From: a virus | Lineage: Duplodnaviria > Caudoviricetes | DNA length: 64,000 bases | IMG/VR virus record: IMGVR_UViG_3300035497_000279 | Span: 32,001-96,000 of that record | Reading direction: 5' to 3' (one strand) | Shown: positions 45,881-56,055 of the stretch, piece by piece | How the letters are laid out: each line of letters opens with the position of its first letter | How positions within the stretch are numbered: position 1 is the stretch's first letter | The notes under the pieces: model-generated | Seen by the model: only the letters and a program-made list of their open reading frames with translations | The model's database searches: none | What the model was told of the DNA's origin: nothing | Translations under genes and position numbers: made by a program

Positions 45881-47470
45881 ATGGCTAAACCTAAAGGTAA
45901 AAATGTTACTTCTGAGAAGAAAAGCAAGACAAAATCAAAAAATACAACTAGTAGTAGCACCACTACCACTACAAATAAAAATGAATCTATCGTAAATGTA
46001 GTAGACGACAGTAGTGATGAAACTATTATAGATGATAATTTCTTAGTAGACTATGGAAGTGTAAATAATAATACCGATTCTGGATATTTATCAAATTTAG
46101 AAAGTGGATTATTAGTTAAAGATCTTAGAGGTATACTTGGTATGCCTCCCCAGTTTCTTGCTAGTGCTGATCCTAGAATAAATTCTACAACAGGTCAAGG
46201 AGCAGATGGTGGTCTTGGTAGAACATATTCTGAAAAGATAATAAAGAATATACCTTTATTACTTATTACTGCCGGTACTCCATCTTTTATGAGTTCATTT
46301 AGCAAATCACAAAAGAAATCTATAATAGAGAATTTCTTAGGTGCCACTACTAAATCATTCGACAATCTAATGACAACAGGTTCTGGCAAATACTATAGTC
46401 TCAAATACTCCTATACAGAATACTTTGGGTACGTTAATACAATGCTTAGATCAGCAGCAATATTTTTGGATATTGCTGATGAGAAGGTTGATAATAAAAA
46501 ATTGGGAAGCCTTAATTGGTTATATTATAATACATCAGATGGAACAGATATATTTGGACATGAAGGATTAAAGAAATTCTTAGGACCATATGCTGGGTGT
46601 ATTGCTATGTATGCTGATTGCGGCACAGATGTATCAGATTCATTTGGTAACTCTACAACAGAATCATCATTAGTTTCAAGTATCAATTCATTATCAGATA
46701 AAGGTAGAGAATTAAATTTCTTAGTTGGTACCACTAGTAGTATGACTGGAGTTGATCTTGATAAATGGATTGGGCAAGAAGATTTACAAGAAAATATTAA
46801 TAATGTGCAAGATATGGTTAGTAAACTAGGTTTAGGTAGTAATAATGTATTTTCTGATATAATTGGTAAAGCTAGAACACTATTAGCTGGAGGAAGATTG
46901 ATATTCCCAGAAATATGGTCAGATTCTTCATTTAGTAGATCATATGGTTGTAAAATGAAATTGGTTGCTCCTGCTGGAGATAAATTGTCAGTGTACTTAT
47001 ATATACTAGTACCAATATACCACTTAATAGCATTAGTATTACCAAGACAATCTACTGGTCAAGCTTATTATTCACCATTTCTTGTTAGAGGGTATTATAA
47101 GGGATTATTTAATATTGATATGGGTATTGTTACTGATTTATCTGTAACTAAGGGTTCTGAAGGTGAATGGACTATAGATGGAATCCCTACAGTTGCAGAA
47201 GTATCATTTTCAATAAAGGATTTATATGATGGATTATCTATGTCATCAGATATTACATTCTCTAAAGAGATATTCTCTAATATATCTGAATTAGACTATA
47301 TTGCTAATAGCTGTGGCATAAATATTAATGACCAAGAGATTGGTAGAACTTTTAAACTATGGAAGGGTCTTACTGCGGCATCATTTAAAGATATTGTTAC
47401 TACTGGTATATTTGGAAATGTAGCTAAATACTTCAATCAAAAACTTGCTAATATATTTGGTGTGTTTTAA
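45881..47470 (+). CDS. baseplate / tail-tube initiator protein (gp48/gp54-like)
   Basis: IFPEIWSDSSFSRSY..KL..P..LPRQ..SPFL..GIVTDLSV..PT..EVSFSIKDLY; GGGAGG RBS supports ATG 45881. Confidence 0.55.
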   Translation: MAKPKGKNVTSEKKSKTKSKNTTSSSTTTTTNKNESIVNVVDDSSDETIIDDNFLVDYGSVNNNTDSGYLSNLESGLLVKDLRGILGMPPQFLASADPRINSTTGQGADGGLGRTYSEKIIKNIPLLLITAGTPSFMSSFSKSQKKSIIENFLGATTKSFDNLMTTGSGKYYSLKYSYTEYFGYVNTMLRSAAIFLDIADEKVDNKKLGSLNWLYYNTSDGTDIFGHEGLKKFLGPYAGCIAMYADCGTDVSDSFGNSTTESSLVSSINSLSDKGRELNFLVGTTSSMTGVDLDKWIGQEDLQENINNVQDMVSKLGLGSNNVFSDIIGKARTLLAGGRLIFPEIWSDSSFSRSYGCKMKLVAPAGDKLSVYLYILVPIYHLIALVLPRQSTGQAYYSPFLVRGYYKGLFNIDMGIVTDLSVTKGSEGEWTIDGIPTVAEVSFSIKDLYDGLSMSSDITFSKEIFSNISELDYIANSCGININDQEIGRTFKLWKGLTAASFKDIVTTGIFGNVAKYFNQKLANIFGVF

Positions 47471-47520
47471 AACAACGATGCACATCTATATAAAGTTTAA
47501 ATATTGGAGAATTATATATT

Positions 47521-48231
47521 ATGAAAAACAAGAAACAAAAAATGATAGAATATGAAGAAAAATATTCTCATATTCCTAAAGATTATAAAGAAAGACTTGA
47601 ATATCTTTATGATGCTTTAAAGATAGATGATACTAAATCAGAAGAAATCTTAGCAGCTAGACAAGCATTTATAGATAGTACATATTATGAAACTGTAAGA
47701 ATGGTGTTATATGAAGTGCCAGAATATACTCCAAGACCAAGAGCTAGACTTATAAATAAGGCAGGTATACTTAATGCTGCCACAGGGAACAATAGTTTTA
47801 TTCAAGTATATTCAATTACCGGAAGACAAAATAAAGAATACATGAAGATGTTTACCAAAGAAAATTTATGGTATCTTAATCAATTATTATGTACTCCATG
47901 TGATATTGAATATAAAGCTTATTTCCCTACACCATCATATTACAATAAAACAGATATATTCTTGGCAGAGATTGGTATTAACCGCCCTATAATAAAACCT
48001 GACTTTGATAATATAGAGAAATCTTATGCTGATTCATTTACTAATAATATATGGATAGATGATATTGTTGTAGTAGATGCTACAATAAGAAAGTATTACT
48101 CTATATTACCAAGAGTTGAAATAGATCTTAAATATGCTAATCAATTATGTAATTACCATCAATATAAATCAATGATAAAGAGAAAAGATTTTACCGATGA
48201 AATGAGCGTTATGTATTTTGGAGGTAAATAA
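47521..48231 (+). CDS. rusA: RusA-like Holliday junction resolvase
   Basis: PRPR; RP..KPDFDNIEK...D......DD..V......KYYS..PRVEI; late motif at 47481. Confidence 0.85.
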   Translation: MKNKKQKMIEYEEKYSHIPKDYKERLEYLYDALKIDDTKSEEILAARQAFIDSTYYETVRMVLYEVPEYTPRPRARLINKAGILNAATGNNSFIQVYSITGRQNKEYMKMFTKENLWYLNQLLCTPCDIEYKAYFPTPSYYNKTDIFLAEIGINRPIIKPDFDNIEKSYADSFTNNIWIDDIVVVDATIRKYYSILPRVEIDLKYANQLCNYHQYKSMIKRKDFTDEMSVMYFGGK

Positions 48232-48233
48232 TT

Positions 48234-48512
48234 ATGGTAGAATTTGAAGAGGTTTATGAGTGTAAGAAACTTATAAATAGTTTTAGTGTAGATGAGATTA
48301 AGAAGGTTATAGAGAATAATACTAATAGTATTGTATCTATAACTAATAATGGTTATGCTGTAACTTGCAGTGGAGGTATTAATGAAGCGACATGTATTGC
48401 AGCTCAAGCATGTAAAGAATTACTTGGAGATAAGCTAACCGTACCTTCGATATTATTATTTAATATCTATACTATTATGAAAGATTATTTTATTATTTCA
48501 TTTAGAGCATAA
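48234..48512 (+). CDS. hypothetical protein
   Basis: GGAGG RBS. Confidence 0.7.
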   Translation: MVEFEEVYECKKLINSFSVDEIKKVIENNTNSIVSITNNGYAVTCSGGINEATCIAAQACKELLGDKLTVPSILLFNIYTIMKDYFIISFRA

Positions 48513-48517
48513 AATCA

Positions 48518-48543
48518 CCGTACTGCCATTATCGGCAGTACGG
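48518..48543. terminator. bidirectional terminator between convergent genes
   Basis: CCGTACTGCC-attatc-GGCAGTACGG. Confidence 0.75.
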
Positions 48544-48597
48544 CAATCTTTTTATATATAAGGAACAGACCCGCTCTTACAATATTGTTAGTTAATT

Positions 48598-49599
48598 TTA
48601 TACAGCATTTATAGATCTAAGATACTCATCAATAAACTCCTCATTCATTGGGCAGATCTCTGCTGTATTAACCATTTCCAGCATTGTATACATAAGTGTA
48701 GCAGAATTAACAATGCTTTCCATATCTACTGAACCTTCAGTAATGTATTTAGATTTAAGATTATCATCCTTAAATACTGCCTTGGTCAATGATTCTACAA
48801 GACACTGGAAGATTGATTTTTCTTTAAATGTTTCCATCTCAATAATCTGTCTTTTAGCACGGGAAGTAATATCTTCAGCATATGACTCTTCTGTAGCCTG
48901 ATCAATCTGATCTTTTGCTGTATTAATTACTTCCTGATAATCTAACTTAGAAGCCGTATTAGAATCAATAAAATCAGCGATAGAATCAGCAACTCTATCT
49001 TTAATCATCTTAGATGCATCAGAACAATCCACATCTTCAAGCTCCTCAAAGAATTCATTTCCAATAGTATTATCAAGCTTAAGTGGTCTACCAATAAGGA
49101 ATCCTAACTCATCAGTTTCAGAATTATCATCACAATTATTAGTATCACACTCAAGCAGTTTATTATAATATTTATCACAAATTCTACTAAACTCTGATAA
49201 CATGATGTTCTTGGTAGCGAAATTACTAACAAGATTCCATGCTCCATTTTCCTTAACAAATTTAGTTACAAGATTTCTAGCAACTAATTTATCATTCTCA
49301 TCAAGAGGAATAACAGAAGATTCTTTATATAACTTATATAAACACTCAGAAACAAATGCATTCTTTACAGTTTCTAAATATTCTGAACGTTTAGCAATCT
49401 CATCATATGATTCATTTATATATGCAGTACGTGCTACATTTGCTTCGTCATACTCTCTCTGCATAGCAGACTGTTCTCTCTGGATTTCTTCCTGCTGCTG
49501 ATTATACGCTGCTTCTCTCTGAGCCTGAATATCTTTAAAAATCTCAGCTGGGCTATATGAAAGACCTCCTTTAAGAGGCTGATTTTTATCTGTATACAT
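48598..49599 (-). CDS. putative virion structural (head) protein
   Basis: Late promoter 49622-49634; INES/TEES/ITEG/VES motifs; structural context. Confidence 0.55.
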   Translation of the reverse strand: MYTDKNQPLKGGLSYSPAEIFKDIQAQREAAYNQQQEEIQREQSAMQREYDEANVARTAYINESYDEIAKRSEYLETVKNAFVSECLYKLYKESSVIPLDENDKLVARNLVTKFVKENGAWNLVSNFATKNIMLSEFSRICDKYYNKLLECDTNNCDDNSETDELGFLIGRPLKLDNTIGNEFFEELEDVDCSDASKMIKDRVADSIADFIDSNTASKLDYQEVINTAKDQIDQATEESYAEDITSRAKRQIIEMETFKEKSIFQCLVESLTKAVFKDDNLKSKYITEGSVDMESIVNSATLMYTMLEMVNTAEICPMNEEFIDEYLRSINAV

Positions 49600-49634
49600 T
49601 ATTTAATACCTCCTTAAATTTTTACTTGAATGTT

Positions 49635-52600
49635 TTAATATACGACTATTGTTACATCTGGAGTTAATGTCTTATCATCAGACGTAGCAACATTGATAAA
49701 TTCTGGACAAACGTCTGCATCTATTGATTCATCTAAATATAAATGCTGGCAGTTTGGTCCGTAATTATTCACTCCCTGGAATTCAAAGTATTTTAATTGC
49801 TCTCTATAGTTATTTGTTATAAGAGTAACAATATTAGGCATATGTATTTCATTAATCTCATTAATAGTTTCAATATATTCTTTAATATCATCTACTATAT
49901 GAGAAGCAATTGATTTATCACTTGAGGATTCAGCCTCTAAAGCAAACTTCAAAGATATAGCAACGTTATCTATATAATTGATACATCTTGAAGTATCTGC
50001 TAATCTTACCCATCCTTCATAAGGACTATCAATCTTGCCCCATAATCCATCTGTCTGTTTAATGGTAATAACTTCACCTAAAGCAATCTCGCCAATTACA
50101 GTCTCAGTTTCAAGATCTGAGTATACATATAATTTCTTTGTAGCAACTTTAGCGTTATATGAAGTCTCTGTAGGTAATATGTAATAGAATCTATTAGATG
50201 GACCATAAGTATTAACAAACTTAAAGTCTACACTAAATGTATCCTCAAGAGTTACTAAGCATTCTTCCATGTACTTACGACGTTCTTCCAATACAAATAT
50301 AAAATCTTGCATAGAAGACTCAGTAGATAAGAATCCATATTTAAGCATAGGGATTCTTTTAACTGAATAATTATAGTAATAATTGCCACTACTATTCATC
50401 TTATAGATAGGTTTATACTCAGAGTATGTATTTCCTAAAGAATCCTTTCTAGTAATCTCTTTATACAATGGAGAACCATTAAGATCTGTATCCTGAATCT
50501 GGCTTACTGTTACTTCACTAGTCATCATACTAGAATAATCATGATAGAAATCTAATCCACCATCTACAGATAATACATTACATAATGTATATCTACTAAG
50601 ATCTACGTAGTTATACTGATTTATAAGTTTTACAACTAATTCATCATTGAGCAATGTATTCTGTACAAAATCAGAGTCTTTATTATTTCTAAGATATTTA
50701 AGAATAGAAGTTTCTGTACTAAGCTCATCCCCATTATAATCATATACATGCTGCATATACTCATTATTTGACTTCATAATAGAAACTACATTAACCTGGC
50801 TTCCATCTTCATTTTCATAATAAACATCATTCTTTAAGAAATCACTAATTATATCATCTTTAGTTGGTAATATTGCTTCAAGTTCTGATCTATTACCAAT
50901 TCCATCATCTCCATATAAAACTATCTTAGCAGTCTCTTCAGTAATAGTTTTATTGTTCTCATCTTTCTCACCAGGCAAAGTACCAAAGTCAGCTAAGATA
51001 TATACTTTTGCATATGTATTCTTATTCATATACCCATGTGCTGAACTGATAGAATCTACATGCTGTAATGCTTCTGGTTTAGCATTGTTGATTCCAATAA
51101 TATTAATTCTGTTATTAAGATCCATTAGATCATCTGTCTCCATTACGAAAGTAAATGTGTATACATCACTTTCTCTATCATATGTAGATAATGTACCTTC
51201 AATATATCTATATGGGTTACTGTCAGTTTCATCAGCATATAAAACCATGATTACTTTGATTTTGATATTGTTTAATACAATTTCATCATTAGCATCATAA
51301 TCTATAGTTACAAGATCTTTACTTGTACTATCTGTATTTCTGATTATATCCATAGTCATAATATACTTATTATCATAAGTACATTCATTACCATTCTCAT
51401 CTTCATACAAATATTTACGTGCCCAATTCATATTGGTTGTGACAAACTGAACATCTGATTCTGTATTAACAGACTCAAACTTAAATGTTTTATTCTCGTT
51501 CATTACTGTAAGTAAATATGAAGTAATAAGATCATCATCTATAGTTATAAGAAATGGAGAGATATACTCAAATACTCTTACAAGATCTCCATCACTATTG
51601 TATACCATAGGGTAAGGGTATTTATCATCATCCAATCCTTCAACATACACAGGTTTTTTGGTTGTAGCATAGTTGTTATCTGAGTCTGTACCATGATCAT
51701 AATAATAGAATTTCATTCCTGGAGTTATAACCAGATTATTATTCCCAGCAAATCCATTAAAATCTGTCTGCTCAATAATTGCAGATAAAGTATTTGTAGG
51801 GTATACAGTATCATTCTTTTTTGTAATCATGTATGCATAATACAATCTCTCAAATGGGTTATCCCTTTTCTTATAGAAATAAAGATAATTGTAATCATCA
51901 TTAATAGAATTGAAGAAGTTATTCAAATCAGTAGTATTGATTACTGATCCTCTAGATTGAGATTCTCTAGGAATGATTTTCTTTAAATCACTCATAGATT
52001 TTTTATCTTTACCACCATTAGATACACCATTTAACAATGGGTATACAAGCATATACATTCCGTTATAATTATTATAATCTTCACAAGCCATACTAGTACG
52101 GAAGTCTTGATTATAAGTAATATTTCCACTATAACCATCACTAAGTGTTACATTGATTCTTATTGTAGCATTTAGTTTTGGAACATAGGAGTCTCTAGAG
52201 AATATAATTCTTATGGTATTCTCATTAAGATATTCATAATAACACCATTCTCCATCCTCTACAGTATAATCTAACAATCCAGAATATATAGGAGTTAGAT
52301 GTTTAACATAGCCATCAGATTCGATAATATCTATATCAAAACAAGTTAACTGATCTTCGAATTCAAATGTAACAGTCTTATTCTCTATATCATTATCAGT
52401 CAATATATTTCTATCAATCTCTACTAATGTAACCTGATGTAATCTAGCAGAGAATGCTACATACTCTACATCATCTACAGTTGTCTTTATGATTGTAGTA
52501 ATATATGGGTTAGTTATATCAGATATTGGATTTGCTTGCTTAATTACATTAGTACCAGTCTCAAATAGATCATACATTGCTGTATATATAAACTCACCAT

Positions 52601-53069
52601 TAGTGTTTCTAGTTCTTGTTATAATAACATCGTAATCTAAATGGAATTCATATTCACCTATATAGATTGGTACTCTTCTATCTAATATGAATTTAGCTTT
52701 GCCAGATGTACTATTAACCTCAACAAAGTTGTTAGACATGTGAGATATTGGAAGATATAACATCATTGTCATCGTTGCTGGAGTAGCATTAATATCAGTA
52801 ATTGCTAAATTCATTGCATGTGCTAAGATATTTTTATGAAACTTAGCTCTTGTAGCTAAAGTCTCATTAGTTGTTTCGGATATAGCAATCAATACATTCT
52901 GTAATGATTGAGAAGATATTTCTGTAATATATCCAAATATTCCTACCATTGCTGCTGTAGAATCTAAATCAGTTATAGTCTCTTCCCTTATACTATCAAT
53001 AAATTCAGCAATGTCATATATATCAGTACTAAGAGTTGTAGAACTCGTATTTGTATTAGTCGAAGCCAT
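49635..53069 (-). CDS. baseplate wedge protein (T4 gp6-like) with SH3b-like domain near the C-terminus
   Basis: NET..TRA....IL.HA, GG.D..S...L....P....RG.VIN..D; VIGEIALGEVITI...GLWGKI....GWV (SH3b). Confidence 0.7.
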   Translation of the reverse strand: MASTNTNTSSTTLSTDIYDIAEFIDSIREETITDLDSTAAMVGIFGYITEISSQSLQNVLIAISETTNETLATRAKFHKNILAHAMNLAITDINATPATMTMMLYLPISHMSNNFVEVNSTSGKAKFILDRRVPIYIGEYEFHLDYDVIITRTRNTNGEFIYTAMYDLFETGTNVIKQANPISDITNPYITTIIKTTVDDVEYVAFSARLHQVTLVEIDRNILTDNDIENKTVTFEFEDQLTCFDIDIIESDGYVKHLTPIYSGLLDYTVEDGEWCYYEYLNENTIRIIFSRDSYVPKLNATIRINVTLSDGYSGNITYNQDFRTSMACEDYNNYNGMYMLVYPLLNGVSNGGKDKKSMSDLKKIIPRESQSRGSVINTTDLNNFFNSINDDYNYLYFYKKRDNPFERLYYAYMITKKNDTVYPTNTLSAIIEQTDFNGFAGNNNLVITPGMKFYYYDHGTDSDNNYATTKKPVYVEGLDDDKYPYPMVYNSDGDLVRVFEYISPFLITIDDDLITSYLLTVMNENKTFKFESVNTESDVQFVTTNMNWARKYLYEDENGNECTYDNKYIMTMDIIRNTDSTSKDLVTIDYDANDEIVLNNIKIKVIMVLYADETDSNPYRYIEGTLSTYDRESDVYTFTFVMETDDLMDLNNRINIIGINNAKPEALQHVDSISSAHGYMNKNTYAKVYILADFGTLPGEKDENNKTITEETAKIVLYGDDGIGNRSELEAILPTKDDIISDFLKNDVYYENEDGSQVNVVSIMKSNNEYMQHVYDYNGDELSTETSILKYLRNNKDSDFVQNTLLNDELVVKLINQYNYVDLSRYTLCNVLSVDGGLDFYHDYSSMMTSEVTVSQIQDTDLNGSPLYKEITRKDSLGNTYSEYKPIYKMNSSGNYYYNYSVKRIPMLKYGFLSTESSMQDFIFVLEERRKYMEECLVTLEDTFSVDFKFVNTYGPSNRFYYILPTETSYNAKVATKKLYVYSDLETETVIGEIALGEVITIKQTDGLWGKIDSPYEGWVRLADTSRCINYIDNVAISLKFALEAESSSDKSIASHIVDDIKEYIETINEINEIHMPNIVTLITNNYREQLKYFEFQGVNNYGPNCQHLYLDESIDADVCPEFINVATSDDKTLTPDVTIVVY

Positions 53070-53087
53070 TATATATTAACCTCCTTT

Positions 53088-54098
53088 CTAATTAGCCCAT
53101 TTAAGTCTATAATCATAATAATTTTTAGCCCCTTCAGGAGCTCTTCTTCTAGATCTTACATCTGAAATCTTGATTATATATGGGAGTGTAGCCCACGAAT
53201 TATCAATTCCATTCTTATTCCATACATCAACTGTATTACTCATGCTAGTGTAATAATCATAAACCACTTTATTAAATTCACATAATATAAGTGGGTTAGA
53301 ATCTTCTATAAATTGAGCATGGAATCCTAAAGAGAATTTGCCAAAATCTGTAGGATCACTAAAATCAGATCTTGGTACATCTGTAAAGTATACTCCTGTT
53401 GCTTTAGCATAATACATTATAGTTTCACCATCAGAGTTTACAAGGAATTTATATACAGAGAATTGATCTGATAATATATTATTTTTAATATGCTTTTTAT
53501 ATGGAGATATCTCTCCAGTCTTAGTTCTTCTAACATATTCATCATAAGCTTTAACCATTGTATATAATTCAAGATATGCTGAATCTGTAAAGCTTAAAGT
53601 AAAATCATATCCATTATCAGATTTTAAACTATGACCACGTATTGATATTTCTGTACCCATAATATTTGCTGTAGTGGTTTGAGATTCTGAAGATATAGAT
53701 GGTAGGTCCATCTTTGATGTAACAGAATTACTTAACAAATTCATAAATGGAGATTTGTTAGGGCAATTTGTGGTTTGTAATTGCCATAATGAATTAGTAT
53801 ATCTATTTTTTGCATCTATAAAGAATGGGATATCTTTTAAAGCCGTACGCAAATCACCAGTAGCTGAAAATATATGTAAATCTGGTTTTGTAAAGAATAG
53901 GAATTCTTTTAATACATTTTCATATATATATGGATCTATGTAACCATATCTATTAAACCTATCATACCATCTAATATCATCTTTAGAGAATATTAGATTT
54001 TGACCCATCACGTTAGACATCTGTTTGATTTCAAATGTCTTTTGTGGGTGACTATATTTGAGCGTACCATTCCCATCTAGTGGGTCCATCCAAGCCAT
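53088..54098 (-). CDS. tail-tube-fold structural protein
   Basis: FLFFTKPDL, DFTLSFTD, YAKATGVYF..VP; GGAGGAG RBS supports ATG 54098; late promoter 54128-54140. Confidence 0.55.
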   Translation of the reverse strand: MAWMDPLDGNGTLKYSHPQKTFEIKQMSNVMGQNLIFSKDDIRWYDRFNRYGYIDPYIYENVLKEFLFFTKPDLHIFSATGDLRTALKDIPFFIDAKNRYTNSLWQLQTTNCPNKSPFMNLLSNSVTSKMDLPSISSESQTTTANIMGTEISIRGHSLKSDNGYDFTLSFTDSAYLELYTMVKAYDEYVRRTKTGEISPYKKHIKNNILSDQFSVYKFLVNSDGETIMYYAKATGVYFTDVPRSDFSDPTDFGKFSLGFHAQFIEDSNPLILCEFNKVVYDYYTSMSNTVDVWNKNGIDNSWATLPYIIKISDVRSRRRAPEGAKNYYDYRLKWAN

Positions 54099-54213
54099 AA
54101 AGTCTCCTCCTTTCAATCTATTATAAATTACATAGATGTTTTCCGTATGCGAATTTACCATAAACCAAATATAATTATGATAATATACTATATACGTGGT
54201 TATAGAAAGTATT

Positions 54214-54568
54214 AAGAGATTGCAGAACTCATTAAAAAGAAATCCCTATTCTTCACTAATACGTTGCAATAAATTATTGCCAAATTTTAATTAAGAAAGG
54301 ATGATTTCAATTATGAGTAATTATAGGAAATATACATCAACTGGAGGTTTGAATCCATTCTGGGTTGAAGAGCAGTGTGAGGCAAGAAGAGCCAGAGAAA
54401 GACAGCAGGAGGCAGAGGAATGTCTTAACTACGAAAAGGCTCAGGAAACAATGCGGTTAGAAGCTAGAATGGAATTTTTAAAATCTCATTCAGGTGATCC
54501 TAGAGACTTGGAACTTGCTAGAATAGCATTAAACGGTTTTAGATAAAAACATATTTCTGCAATCTCTT
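54214..54568. repeat. 14-bp perfect inverted repeat flanking the small ORF
   Basis: AAGAGATTGCAGAA (54214-54227) / TTCTGCAATCTCTT (54555-54568). Confidence 0.85.
54313..54546 (+). CDS. small helical hypothetical protein inside a fold-back structured transcript
   Basis: AGAAAGGA RBS before ATG 54313; early-type motif 54182-54192. Confidence 0.65.
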   Translation: MSNYRKYTSTGGLNPFWVEEQCEARRARERQQEAEECLNYEKAQETMRLEARMEFLKSHSGDPRDLELARIALNGFR

Positions 54569-54619
54569 TTATTTTTTGCCATAAAACATAGTATTAATAT
54601 CGAAAGGAGGATGAAACTC

Positions 54620-56038
54620 ATGAACGAATGTCAGAGACTACATGAAACAATAGTTAGAGATGTTTATGATATAATGACTGATGTCAAAGACTTTGATGAA
54701 GTAGAGTGGATGAGGCGTAAGAATAATACTGGCTCAATCGCTAGAAGAGCTTCCAATCTAATCTTAGTATTTCCTGTCATTGTATCAACGTCATTGTCAA
54801 TACAGACTGCAAGTGTAATTTCTAAAGCTATCGAGAGGAAGTGTGTATCACTTCTTCAAATACTTTTCAGTGCAATGCAGATTTCTTCTGTAGACAATAT
54901 GTACGACTACATAAAACAGTTTCATACCAATCTAAATCTTAAATCCAGTTTAACTCTGGATGATTTTATTGATGTTGTAGATACTCTCGCTAATGAGGGT
55001 GCTATTACTATCACTGATAAAGATGCATACGAGGCCGTTAAAGAAGATATGCATAATATCAACTTCTATCTTAAGAATGAGTATAACCCTACATCATTAA
55101 ATGACTATGAAGTTCGTAAAAATATGTATGGAGAGTCAGCCGTTATTCTAAATGAAAAAAAGAACGATAACTATGCCCAAGTAAGAATTAGTTTTGATAA
55201 GAAATATCTTGATACATTTTTAAATGGTATGGGTGGTAACGGTGGTAATGGAAACGATGGTAACGGTAATGGCGGAGGAAATAACAATAATGGTGGAGGT
55301 AATGTAACATACCGGAATCCAAGAGGTACAGAACGTTATTCTGACGTATATAAAGATCAGGTTGATTATTTCCGTTATCAGTTAACTCAGCCAGATGTTG
55401 ATAAGGCTAATGAGTTAATGCCTACAACAATGATTGTTAATTTTATTGCCACACAGGATGGTAAGAAGATTCAGACATCTGGAGTTATTGGTGTTAAGGC
55501 TAAGTTATATCCTGTTGATGCTATGGATATCGTTGCTAGAATCTCTTCTAAATATAAAGAGTCTAATGGCTTATTTAATTTAGTAAGAGCTTCTACAAGA
55601 GAAATTTCTTTTTTCAGAGATTTAGCATTTGCTATAGATAAAGCTAAGCTTGATGCTGTTAATATGGCTAGAGAGTCTAATAATGCTAAGATCTTTAAAG
55701 TACTTGAAAGAAGAGCAGCAAAAAATAAATTCTCAACACTACTTAAAAAGAATGATGCATCTCCAATTACATCATTGGTATTGTCCCAGGATGAAGTTGA
55801 ATATCTTAAAAAGTATTCCGATATTAATATGGAAAAGTCATATATAACAAGAAGTATTCTTGAGAAGTATAATCTCATGGATATTATTATTGCAGATGAG
55901 TCTTTAGAGGTTGCTAAATTCTTATTTGATGATGGTGATGGTATATATGAAGTTTTACCATTTGATGAATTAGAAAAGCAAGCTAAAGATTCTTCATATA
56001 AGAAAGTTATAAATCTTATGAGTAAATTAAATCGTTAG
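54620..56038 (+). CDS. putative virion structural protein with Gly/Asn linker
   Basis: Late promoter AACA-tagtat-TAA 54585-54597; GN-rich segment ~55225-55300; RBS favours ATG 54620. Confidence 0.6.
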   Translation: MNECQRLHETIVRDVYDIMTDVKDFDEVEWMRRKNNTGSIARRASNLILVFPVIVSTSLSIQTASVISKAIERKCVSLLQILFSAMQISSVDNMYDYIKQFHTNLNLKSSLTLDDFIDVVDTLANEGAITITDKDAYEAVKEDMHNINFYLKNEYNPTSLNDYEVRKNMYGESAVILNEKKNDNYAQVRISFDKKYLDTFLNGMGGNGGNGNDGNGNGGGNNNNGGGNVTYRNPRGTERYSDVYKDQVDYFRYQLTQPDVDKANELMPTTMIVNFIATQDGKKIQTSGVIGVKAKLYPVDAMDIVARISSKYKESNGLFNLVRASTREISFFRDLAFAIDKAKLDAVNMARESNNAKIFKVLERRAAKNKFSTLLKKNDASPITSLVLSQDEVEYLKKYSDINMEKSYITRSILEKYNLMDIIIADESLEVAKFLFDDGDGIYEVLPFDELEKQAKDSSYKKVINLMSKLNR

Positions 56039-56055
56039 AAAGGAGGTAAGATCTA

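Noticed and set aside
48544-48597. Third anti-RBS element in the minus-strand 3' UTR
   Set aside because: Contains UUCCUU but no properly spaced anti-AUG; too weak to call
54214-54568. MITE/IS element from the 14-bp inverted repeat
   Set aside because: No transposase and no evident target-site duplication; the adjacent anti-SD pairing and T tract fit RNA structure better
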